From an uncultured Planctomycetaceae bacterium (lineage in GTDB: Bacteria > Planctomycetota > Planctomycetia > Isosphaerales > Isosphaeraceae): a stretch of DNA of 64,000 nucleotides. The notes beneath the pieces are model-generated. The model ran no database searches. It saw only the letters and a program-made list of their open reading frames with translations, and had not been told where the DNA came from. The stretch's first letter is position 1, and each line of letters starts with the position of its first letter. This document shows, piece after piece, positions 23,292-33,040 of the stretch. The stretch spans positions 166,862 to 230,861 of the forward strand of contig CAWFAF010000062.1 in the NCBI GenBank assembly GCA_963813575.1, given 5' to 3'. A program made the position numbers and the translations under genes.

Positions 23292-25498
23292 GCGTTCACG
23301 GGCCGGGGGTGACAGGTGTATAGCGATGAACCGAGGTCTGAGCACTATCCGGGGCTAACCTGCGCCGTAGAATCGCCGGAAGACCCGAGAGATGACCGGG
23401 CCGGGGGGCGGGAGTCCGCCCCGGAGGGCGGGGGCACGGCCCCGGGAGGGCCCGCGGAGTCGGCGAGCTGTTCCCCGGCGGGCACGGACCCCACCTGGCG
23501 GGCACTTCGGAGTGGAGGGCCCGACCTCCTGCACTCATTGACCCGCGTCTTGGCGCCAAGATTGAATAGAGTGCACAGGGACCTCAAATCGGCCAAACCT
23601 CCGCAGACTGGGCATGGGATTTTCTTATGGATGTCCATGTAAGGCGATTGCCGATCCAATTGCTCCCGGATGCAAAGCGGGTCATCACTCGTTACTTTGG
23701 CCTGGGAGAGGAAAATCGGGTCCGGGATGTCGTCGGGCGCATACTCGCCGTTCCCGAGCCAACGGTCGCGGCTCTCGTTGCCAACCTCGAGCGCGATTTC
23801 CGGCCGATCCACCCGGACATTGACGCAGTATTCCTCGAGCACTACGAGGCCGTCAAGCATCACATTTCGATCGATGGGCCGATCAGCGACGCACGACGGA
23901 GGTACATCGGCGCCTGCTTTACAATGGAGTATGCGATCGAGTCGGCGGCCTTGTTCAATCCGTCCATGGCTCCAGCCATCGAGCTTGACCAAGCCAACGT
24001 GCCGCCTGGTTCGGTCCGCTACGTCATGAGTCTGTGCGCAACCGGTGAGGGGCACATCTCATCGATTGTCTTCAGACGGGGCCTGATTGATGCGAATGGC
24101 AACGTCAGCGTTGAAGCACCCGGCCGGTACAGCCGGCCGCTCCGGGCGATCGTTCCGGCCCATTTCGAAAAGGCTGACTTCATCCAGCAATTACAATCGC
24201 TCCACGCGTGGACCGAACACGCCCGGGCTTCGCTTGCCCTGCTCGGCGACCAATTCAGCCGGACTGATCTCTCAGGGGCGATCGACGAAACCCGTAGACG
24301 GTCCGGCGTCTCCGGCGTATCGGAAGAATCAAACGACGCGTTGCTGGCGTTGAGCCAGGCGAACTACCGGCTCGCGGTTCCCGATGGCGCAGACATTTCC
24401 GAGGTGGTCATCTTCCCGTATTCCGACAACGAAAGGCGCGGGATTGAGGACCTGCGTCTCGTCCGCTTCGCCGGCGAGGACGGGTCGTTTCGTTACTACG
24501 GCACCTATACGGCGTACAACGGCTTTCAAATCTTTCCCCACCTCCTAGAGTACCCGGGCGGACAATACGTCGAGATTCACATGCTCACCGGGCGCTGTGC
24601 GACGAACAAGGGTATGGCCCTGTTTCCGCGAACGATCCGCGGCCGGTACGCGATGGTCGCACGGTTGGACAACGAAAACCTCTACTACATGGAGTCGGAT
24701 CATGTGTGCCTCTGGAATGAGGCCCGCCTGCTGCTTGCGCCGAAATACCCGTGGGAGGTGATCCAGATCGGCAACTGCGGTGCACCGCTTGAAACCGAGG
24801 CCGGGTGGCTGCTGTTGACTCACGGCGTTGGCCCGATGCGCCGAATACTGCATCGGCGCAGCCCTGCTTGACCTGGATAACCCCTGCCGGGTGATCGGGC
24901 AAACTAGCCAGCCCTTGCTCATTCCGACCGGAAGCGAGCGGTTCGGTTATGTTCCCAACGTCGTGTATTCGTGCGGAGGGATGATCCATCAGGGCATGTT
25001 GGTACTCCCGTACGCGGCCAGCGACTTGGCGACAAGCATCGCCGTCATTGATCTGGAGGAGCTACTGGCCGCGCTCGTACCGCCGCCACGCGACCGCTAA
25101 AGCAAGGGGTGATCGGCCACAGGAACGCATGGCACGTTCCTCAGGCAGCGCCTGGCAAACCGGCTGCCCGGCCTGCAGCCTCTCATCACCAACGACCGCT
25201 CCGGGCGACGCCACGATCTAACGGCGGGTGTAACCACCGCTGGTCAACCCGGAGAACATGGCGACCCCATGCTGCGTTGTCATCTTCGCGGATATGTCGG
25301 CGCGAAGCGACGCTGAAATGAGGGCGCGAATTCAGACCTCCTCGAAGGGGGAACCCCCCGCTCGAAGGGAGGTCCCCGTCGTCAACTCACCTGCCGCCGA
25401 GTCCGCTAGCCCCCAGCGGCGGTCGGAGGAGCAGCGGGTCCGCCCCTTTTTCTGATGCGCATCTGTACGCCTGTCACCCTCGGCCCGTGAACGGTTAC
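23288..25498. mobile_element. Segment bounded by IS66-like terminal inverted repeats, without transposase
   Basis: Left GTAAGCGTTCACGGGCCGGGGGTGACAGGTGTA; right (reverse complement) GTAACCGTTCACGGGCCGAGGGTGACAGGCGTA; no target duplication seen. Confidence 0.6.
23627..25100 (+). CDS. GH130-family glycosidase/phosphorylase-like protein (frameshift ~24845)
   Basis: EYAIESAALFNPS, GEGHISSI, GIEDLRLV, YTAYNG, NKGMALFPR, QIGNCG, GYVPNVVYSCG. Confidence 0.88.
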
Positions 25499-26091
25499 CC
25501 TGCTGCCGCCGCAGAACGCCACGGGCAACTTCGTGAAGATCGTCCAGCGGCTCCCGGTGCGGATCGAGCCGACCGACTACGACCCGGAGAAGGCCCCGTT
25601 GTTCGTCGGCCTCTCGGTGGTCCCCTACGTGCACTACAAGGAGCGTCCCACCGGGCCGCACGCCGGTGATGTCCTGCAACCGCTTCGCCCGCTGCCGCAA
25701 GGCCCCGACGTGCGCAGCGTCGGGAAGACCTTGCAACCCGCGGCCCCCCTTGCCCATGGCCGCAGCGGCCCCTGATGGATGAAGGATCAGACAGGCGTGG
25801 TCCTCGATTCATCCTTCACGCTCGACGATCCCGGAGGAGCCCCCGTATGAGCAGCGTGGCCCTTGCCCCGACCGCGGTCAGCCGTCCGGCGGTCAATCCC
25901 TGGCTCGTCGCCGTAGCCGTGGTCGTGCCCACGTTCATGGAGATCCTGGACACCTCTATCGCCACGAGTTCGCTGCGGTATAATACCGCGGGTGGCATGT
26001 CGGCGTCGATGGTCGACAGCGATGGGGTCATGGCCAGTTACCTGGCGGCCAACGCCATCATCCTGCCGATCACGGGCTGGCTCTCGGCCCA
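25499..26091 (+). pseudogene. Fragmentary paralog: HlyD 3' end (25499-25775) plus DHA2 MFS 5' end (25847-26091)
   Basis: LLPPQNATGNFVKIVQRLPV... and MSSVALAPTAV...ILPITGWLS duplicate ~27680-28260 with many substitutions; truncated at both ends. Confidence 0.85.
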
Positions 26092-26106
26092 TTTTTTTTT
26101 CGCTCC

Positions 26107-26169
26107 AAGTAAACCACTGTTAACTTCGAAGGTCGAGCGCCTTACGATTGAGTCAACGGCGGTTTACTT
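26107..26169 (+). promoter_or_regulatory. Two putative TetR operators and a sigma70-like promoter for the efflux operon
   Basis: AAGTAAACCACTGTTAACTT (26107-26126) and inverted GAGTCAACGGCGGTTTACTT (26150-26169); TTAACT-17 bp-TACGAT. Confidence 0.7.
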
Positions 26170-26315
26170 CGCCGTTCGCGGCGGGCCGGAGCGGGGTGCC
26201 GGGCTGCTTCAGCGCGTTCTTCCGGGCCCTGCCCCGCAACCTTGATGGCACCGCCCGCCGGCCGATCGGGCCGCTCCAGGCACGGTTGATGACACGCGCA
26301 AGGGGGAACATCAAC

Positions 26316-27950
26316 ATGGAAAGCACGGCTAATCGAAGCTCGGAAACCCAAATCGAGGCAAGTCCGACTCCTGCCGGGGCTGCGCCGGCTGAAGCGCGGG
26401 ATGGCTCACCTTCGCCACCGGCCGATGGAGCTGCCCCTCCGGACCACCGGGCCACGGACACGGCAACCGATGCCTCTCCTGCCACGCCGCCCCCTGCGGC
26501 CGGGGCGCCGTCACACCCCCGGCGAAGATGGCTGCTGTGGGCGGGGGCCGTGGCCGGCCTGGCGGTCGCAGGATATCTCCTGGTTCCGGCGGTGGAGACG
26601 GCGCTGAACACGGTCTCCACGGATGATGCCTACGTCAACGGGCACGTGACGCTCGTGGCGCCACGGGTGCCCGGCCAGGTGGCCCGGGTCCTGGTCAATG
26701 ACAACAACCGCGTGAAGAAGGGGGCATTGCTGGTGCAGCTCGACAAGGAGCCGTACCAGGTGCAGGTCGACATCAAGAAAGCGGGCGTGGTCAGCGCCGA
26801 GGCCGATCTCAAGGCCGCCGAGGCTCAGGTCCGCGCCATCCTGGGACAGGCCCGCAGCCTGAGGTGGAAGCTCCAGCGGACGATGGAAGACGTCGACGAC
26901 AAGGTCGCCCTCCTGGCCGCACGCGTGGCGGCCCTGAAGAGCAAGGAGGCGTCCCTCGATCGCGCACAGGCCGATTTCATGCGCGCCGACGCACTCTTCG
27001 CCCGCCACGCCATCTCGCGGGAGGAATACGATCAACGCCGCGAGTCCAAGAGGACGGCCGAAGCCGCGGCCAAGCAGGCCCTCGAAGAAGTCTCTGAGGC
27101 GCGGGTCGCCCTCGGCCTGCTGCCGCGCCCGGTGAAGGGAGAGCTGTCCGACGTCCCGAGCGACCTCAACCAGACTTTTTCCGGCGTCCGCGAGGCGCTG
27201 GCCGCGCTGGTCCAGGCCCTGGCGCAGGTGGGCCTGACCCCGCCCTCCATGGACCGGACGCCCAGAGAGGCACTCGACGACTTCATCCGCCGCGACAGGG
27301 AGGGGAACATCGATCGGATCCTGGAGCAACTCGTGCCCGAGGCGCCGCCGGTCCGACAGGCCGAGGCCAAACTCCTCCAGGCCCGGCGTGACCTCGCCCA
27401 AGCGGAGCTGAACCTCCGCTACTGCGACGTCCTCAGCGAGATCGACGGCGTCGTGACCAGCAAGAACGTCAACCCCGGCAACAACGTCCAGGCCGGACAA
27501 GCCCTCATGGCCGTCCGCTCGATCACCGAGATCTGGATCGACGCGAACTTCAAGGAGACCCAGCTCGCCGACCTGCGGATCGGCCAGCGGGTGCGGTGCG
27601 AGGTGGACATGTACGGGGGCCGTAGGGAGTACGAGGGCCGCATCACCGGCTTTACCATGGGGACCGGCCAGACCCTCTCGCTGCTGCCGCCGCAGAACGC
27701 CACAGGGAACTTCGTGAAGATCGTCCAGCGGCTGCCGGTGCGGATCGAGCTGACCGACTACGACCCGGACAAGGCCCCCCTGTTCGTGGGCCTCTCGGTC
27801 ACCCCCTACGTGTACTACAAGGAGCCCCCCTCGGGGCTGCACGCCGGGCAGGTCCTGCAGCCGCTCCGCCCGCTCCCGCAGGGCCCCACCGCGCCCATCC
27901 CCGGGGAGCCCTCGCAAGCGGTGGCACCCCCCAACCATGGCCGCCTTTGA
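26316..27950 (+). CDS. HlyD/EmrA-family membrane fusion protein
   Basis: STDDAYVNG, VAPRVPGQV, WIDANFKETQL, LPPQNATGNFVKIVQRLPVRI. Confidence 0.93.
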   Translation: MESTANRSSETQIEASPTPAGAAPAEARDGSPSPPADGAAPPDHRATDTATDASPATPPPAAGAPSHPRRRWLLWAGAVAGLAVAGYLLVPAVETALNTVSTDDAYVNGHVTLVAPRVPGQVARVLVNDNNRVKKGALLVQLDKEPYQVQVDIKKAGVVSAEADLKAAEAQVRAILGQARSLRWKLQRTMEDVDDKVALLAARVAALKSKEASLDRAQADFMRADALFARHAISREEYDQRRESKRTAEAAAKQALEEVSEARVALGLLPRPVKGELSDVPSDLNQTFSGVREALAALVQALAQVGLTPPSMDRTPREALDDFIRRDREGNIDRILEQLVPEAPPVRQAEAKLLQARRDLAQAELNLRYCDVLSEIDGVVTSKNVNPGNNVQAGQALMAVRSITEIWIDANFKETQLADLRIGQRVRCEVDMYGGRREYEGRITGFTMGTGQTLSLLPPQNATGNFVKIVQRLPVRIELTDYDPDKAPLFVGLSVTPYVYYKEPPSGLHAGQVLQPLRPLPQGPTAPIPGEPSQAVAPPNHGRL

Positions 27951-28021
27951 TGGATGAAGGATCAGACAGAAGTGATTTCCGATTCATCCTTCGCCGTCAA
28001 TCATCCCGGAAGAGCCTTGTC

Positions 28022-29633
28022 ATGAGCAGCGTGGCACTCGCCCCGACAGCGGTCGGCCGCCCGGCGGTGAACCCCTGGTTCGTCGCCACGGCCGTGGTCG
28101 TGCCCACGTTCATGGAGATCCTGGACACCACGATCGCCACCGCCTCGATGCGCGTACATCGCCGGCGGCCTGTCGGCGACGATGAACGACAGCGACTGGG
28201 TCATGACCAGCTACCTGGCGGCCAACGCCACCATCCTGCCGATCACGGGCTGGCTCTCGGCCCGCCTGGGCCGCCGCAGGTACTTCCTCCTCTCCATCGC
28301 CGTCTTCACCGCCGCCTCGGTGCTCTGCGGCCTGGCCACGAGCCTCGAGCAGTTGATCCTCTTCCGGGTGATCCAGGGCATCGCCGGCGGCGGGCTCCAG
28401 CCCGCCAGCCAGGGGATCCTGCTCGACGGCTTCCCGCCCGAGAAGCAGGGCACGGCCATGACGATGTTCGGCGTGGCGGGGCTGACCGCTCCGGTCATCG
28501 GCCCAACGCTGGGCGGCTACATCACGGTCAACTACAACTGGCGCTGGATCTTCCTCATCAACCTCCCGATCGGCGTTCTCGGCTACCTGATGTGCCACTT
28601 CGCGGTCGAGGACCCCGAATACCTCAAGAAGGAGCGGGCGGAGCTGAGTCGCCGGCCGCTCAACTTCGACTACATCGGCCTGGGGCTGCTCGCCCTGGCG
28701 ATGAGTTGCTGGGAGATTATGCTCAGCAAGGGGCAGGAGTGGGACTGGTACAACGACCCCTTCTGGAAGGTCCAGACGCTGTTCATCCTGTTCGTCCTCT
28801 GCCTTGGTTTTCTGGTCTTCCGGGAGCTGAGGATCGCCAACCCGGTGGTCAACTTCCGGCCGCTGGGCGAACGCAACCTCGCGGCCTGCAGCATCATCAT
28901 CTTCTGTGCCTACGGTGTCCTCTACGGCGCCAGCGTGATCCTGCCTTCCCTGCTCCAGTCGTTGTTCGGCTACGACGCCTTCGTCTCCGGGTTGGTGATG
29001 TCGCCCTCCGGCGTCTTCTCCATCCTGATGATGCTCGTCGTCGGCGTCCTCATCGGCCGGGGCACTGACGCCCGCTGGCTGATCGCCGGGGGCCTGCTGG
29101 TCATGGCGGCCGGGAACTACTGGATGGCGCGGATGAACCTGTACATCAGCCCAGGACAGGTGGTCTGGCCGCGGGTGGTGTTGATCTGTGGCCTGTCGAT
29201 GCTCTTCGCCCCCATCAACGTGGCGGCCTTTCGATACACCCCCCAGCACCTGCGCGGGGCGGCGGTCGGCCTGTTTGCCCTGCTCCGCAACGAGGGGGGC
29301 AGCGTCGGCATGTCGATCGGCAAGATCATCGAGCAAAGGCGCGAGCAATTTCACCTGGCACGCGTGGGCGAGAACCTCGGCCCGCTGAACACTCAGGTGC
29401 AGACCTTCTTCAATCAAGGTCAAGGCTACTTCATGCAGCAGACGGGCGATCCGGCCCGGTCGCGGCAGATGACCTTGCAGACGCTGGACAATCTCCGCCA
29501 GCAGCAGGCCGCGTCCCTGGCCTTCTTCGACGTCTTCTGGCTGTTCGCCGTCGTGAGCTTGGGACTCGTGCTCCTCGTCCTCCTGATGAAGCGCTCCGTT
29601 GCCGAGAAGGGGGAGCTCATTGGTGGCGAGTAG
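28022..29633 (+). CDS. DHA2/EmrB-family MFS efflux transporter (frameshift ~28152)
   Basis: FMEILDTTIA, WVMTSYL, FRVIQGIAGG, GPTLGGYIT, WRWIFLINLPIG, LLRNEGGS. Confidence 0.93.
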
Positions 29634-29665
29634 GCAGGAGGGCATGGGAGTCAATCGTCGTAAGT

Positions 29666-29700
29666 GTACCCGTTCACGGGTCGAGGGTGACACGCGCACA
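29666..29700 (+). repeat. Third, solitary IS66-like terminus
   Basis: GTACCCGTTCACGGGTCGAGGGTGACAC resembles the termini at 23288 and 25498. Confidence 0.6.
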
Positions 29701-29743
29701 GCAATCATGAACATTTTGTTCCTTGACGCCGGTTCCAGAATCC

Positions 29744-30199
29744 ATGAATTCGACCATCATCACGGCAATCGCGGCGGCTTGTGGGTCCCTGATGGGCGCC
29801 GCGGCCACCATCGTCACCACCTGGATCACGCAGCGTACGCAGATGGTCCACGCCCAGAGGGAAGCAAAGCTTCGCGAACGCCAGACGCTGTACAGCGAAT
29901 TCATTACGGAGGCTTCGCGCCTGACCATCGAGGCGTTAAGCCATTCGTTGGAAAAACCCGACACGTTCGTGGCGCTCTACGCCATCCTCAGCCGCATTCG
30001 GCTCGTTGCTGCGGATTCGGTCCTGGACGCGGCCGAAGCGTGCTGTCGCCAACTCGTTGACCTCTACGCCAAGCCGAACATGACGGTCGAACAAATCCGC
30101 CTCGCTTTCGAACGGGATCGACTCGACCCGATCAGGGATTTCAGCGTCGCCTGCCGGAACGAGCTTCTTGAAATTGCCGGTGGCGGCCAACGTCGATAA
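29744..30199 (+). CDS. Hypothetical protein with N-terminal TM helix; last codons altered by IS4 insertion
   Basis: MNSTIITAIAAACGSLMGAAATIVTTW; the reconstructed empty site ends ...IAGGG* (TGA at 32963). Confidence 0.7.
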   Translation: MNSTIITAIAAACGSLMGAAATIVTTWITQRTQMVHAQREAKLRERQTLYSEFITEASRLTIEALSHSLEKPDTFVALYAILSRIRLVAADSVLDAAEACCRQLVDLYAKPNMTVEQIRLAFERDRLDPIRDFSVACRNELLEIAGGGQRR

Positions 30200-31390
30200 C
30201 GGGCTGAGGGTCGATCTGAAGATAAGAATTGGCGGGGTGTGTACTTACGATTGATCTTTTCGTGAGGGTTGTAGCGCAAGAAACGCCGTTCTTCGCGATG
30301 ATGGGTGGGTACCACCCACACCCTTCAAGGAAGAACGGCGATGAAAGCAGCAAGGAAGCTGCAGAGATTGCAGCAACCCGCGTCGTTGATCGAGTTCGTG
30401 CGACAGTTTCTCACGCCGCGGGTTTGGAAGCAAGCCCGACAATGTGTCGCCGATCGGCGCTCTAAGCCGCGATGGGACTTGCAGCCTCTGGTACTGGTTC
30501 TCCTGGCGATGACCTGGGCTGCTGGCGACGCAGAGTCCGAGCGGTTCGTGGCGGCACGCGGGTTTTACGTGGCGTGCTACGAAGGCCGCAAACGTCCCGG
30601 TGAGACGCTGGTCGGGTTTCAAAAGGCATTGACTCGCTTGCCCGTGCGGCAGCTCTGGCGCTGGCTCAGGGCGTCCGCGACGAAATCCGACGTCGTTATG
30701 CCGAGCGCCTTATGATCGGCGGCTTTGTGCCGATGGGCTGCGACGGGTTGCGCATCGAGTGCCCGCGGTCGGCCGAACTGGAAGCCCGCATGGGCAAAGG
30801 AAGCAGCGAGGCATCGGCCCCGACCGCCTGGGTTACGGCCTTCGTTCACCTCGGATCAGGGCTGCTGTGGTCCTGGCGGATTGGCAAGGGAACCGCTGAC
30901 GAACGGCTGCACTTGCGACAGATGTTATCCCTCCTGCCTGCGGAGGCCCTGGTCGTGGCCGATGCGGCCTATATGGGCTATGAACTGGCCCGCGCGATCC
31001 TCGAGCACAAGCAGTCGTTTCTGCTGCGGATGTCGTCGAAGGTTCGCCTGTACGCGCTGGATGAAACTCCCATCGAGCAATGGCAAGAAGGCCTGGTCTA
31101 CTACTGGCCGGAAACCATCCAGAAGCAACAGCAGCCACCGCTCATGTGTCGGCTGATTCGTGTCCAGGCCAAGGGGCAGACCAAACACGATGTCTGGCTC
31201 TTGACCAACGTCCTCAGTCCGCAACGGCTCCCGGCGAAAACGGCGGCCAAATTCTATCGCTGGAGATGGCGCAACGAGGGCCTCTTCAGAACTTATAAAC
31301 GGACGCTCAAGAAAGTCAAACTTGCCAGCCGCACGGTCCGGCTCATTCATCGTGAACTGGAGGGATCTTTGCTGGCTCTGCAGATCCTGC

Positions 31391-32620
31391 CTGGTGACAC
31401 AGTTCTATTGCACGCAGGCTGGTCTTTGAGGTACAGGATGTGGAGGTCACAAGTCGCTTTCTGCCTTGAGGATGCTTCTATGGAGCCGCGTCATGGACGA
31501 CCTCTCTCGATTCTGCTGCCTCAATTCCCAGTGTCCCGACCACGGCAAGCGAGGGGCGGGAAATCTGAGCGTGACCAGCCGATATGGTCCCGAGAAGGTC
31601 CGCTGCATGCTCCGTTGCCGCACCTGCAAGGCCCGCTTCTCCGAGCGCAAGGGAACGGTTTTCTTCGGCGCCCGGCTCTCGCCCGAGAAGGTCGAAGCGG
31701 TGTTGGAGCACGTCGCCGAGGGGTGTGGCGTCCGCCAGACCGGGCGGCTCTGCAAAGTGAACCGCAACACGGTCGGTCGCTACAGCCGACTGGCCGGAGA
31801 GCACGCCCGCGACCTTCACGACGAACTGGTCGTGCTTTCCCCCCTAACGCGCGAGGTCCAGTTCGACGAGAAGTGGGCCTTCGTGGCCAAGAAGGAGAAG
31901 AATTGCGATCCCACTGATCCGGCGGATGACCACAAGGGAGATACCTGGGACCATGTGGCGTTCGATCCCGAGAGTCGGTTGGTCGTGAGCGTTGTGCCCG
32001 GCGAACGTTCGGCCGCGAACGTCGCGGCCGTGGTCCAGGACTTCCGGCGACGCACAGGGGGCCGAGTGATGAACCTGATCACGACCGACGGCTACTCGGC
32101 TTATGAGGAAGCCATCCTGGACGCCTACGGGGAGACGGTCACGCCGCCTCGTACCGGCAAGCGTGGGCGTCCCAAAGCCGCGTACAAGGTCGCGCCGAAG
32201 GATCTGAACTATGCCGTCGTGGAGAAGACACGTGAAAAGGGCCGTGTGGTCAAGATCGTCACGCGGGTAGTCTTCGGCACGATGGCAACTGTGATGGCGG
32301 CCTTGGGGATGTTGCGCGTCAGCAAGGCGATCAACACGGCCTTCGTGGAGCGTGAGAACGGTACGGACCGACACCGCAACGCGCGGAAGGTCCGCAAGAC
32401 GTACCGATTCTCGAAAGACTGGCGTTATCATGAGGCAGTCACGTACTTGACGCTCTATGTTTACAACTTCTGCTGGCCGGTGCGAACACTCGGGGTCAAA
32501 GACGATCAGGGGCGTTGGCAGATGCAGAGCCCGGCGATGGCGGCGGGACTGGCGGATCACGTCTGGTCAATCTCCGAATGGCTGTCGTTCCCAGCCGTGC
32601 GACGTTGTTAGGCCACGAGG
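31391..32620 (+). mobile_element. IS1-family-like element nested in the IS4 transposase
   Basis: Direct repeat GATCCTGC at 31383-31390 and 32621-32628; single transposase ORF. Confidence 0.85.
31492..32611 (+). CDS. IS1-family-like transposase (Zn ribbon + HTH + DDE)
   Basis: CLNSQC...CRTC, HTH GCGVRQTGRL, QFDEKWAFV, TTDGYSAY, NTAFVERENG, SPAMAAGLADHVWS. Confidence 0.85.
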
Positions 32621-33040
32621 GATCCTGCTGGCACACGCCGACCTGGCACTCCGACCAGAGGGCACGATCGGAGAACTGGCCGTGAGCCCACGGAAGGTGC
32701 TGATCGAAATCCGCCAGGAGATCGCCGGCGGCGCGCACCCTCACCGTCGGACGACCACTTACCGCCGCCGGCTGGAAACGTGCCGCGTCGAGACGCGCCG
32801 TCAGCGCAGTCCCAAGGCGAGTCGTGAATGGCCACGTCGTAAGGCCCACCGACCTCCCGGGGCCCCGATTTTCCTCACGATGAAGGAAGACCAGAAAGCC
32901 TTACTGGAAAGGAACATCCACGCCAGATGACGGACTACTTGTTATCGACGTTGGGTGGCGGCTGATGACGGCCCTGGTCGAGGTCGTCGTCTAGACGGCC
33001 CACACGACGAAAGGACTGCGCGCACTGGTCGGGTCCTGTT

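Larger units (their letters stand above)
30341..32930 (+). pseudogene. IS4-family DDE transposase disrupted at 31390
   Basis: GCDG, VADAAYMG, LLTN, YRWRWRNEGLFRTYK (Y-2-R-3-E-6-K motif); removing the nested IS restores ...LQILLAHADL... Confidence 0.88.
30188..32953 (+). mobile_element. IS4-family insertion sequence, interrupted by a nested IS
   Basis: 13-bp perfect IRs CAACGTCGATAAC / GTTATCGACGTTG; 9-bp target duplication GGTGGCGGC (30179-30187, 32954-32962). Confidence 0.9.

Noticed and set aside
23395-23480. Very GC-rich hairpin-like stretch (also 25335-25375 and 35667-35700) as ncRNA
   Set aside because: No recognisable RNA family; pairing of this extent is expected at this GC content.
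30231-30254. ...GTGTACTTAC as the partner IS66 end for the 29666 terminus
   Set aside because: Only the terminal few bases match, and it lies inside the IS4 element defined by its own IRs and duplication.
30712-31917. 401-aa ORF as an intact transposase
   Set aside because: After LQIL it reads through into the nested IS out of frame; the true C-terminus resumes at 32629.
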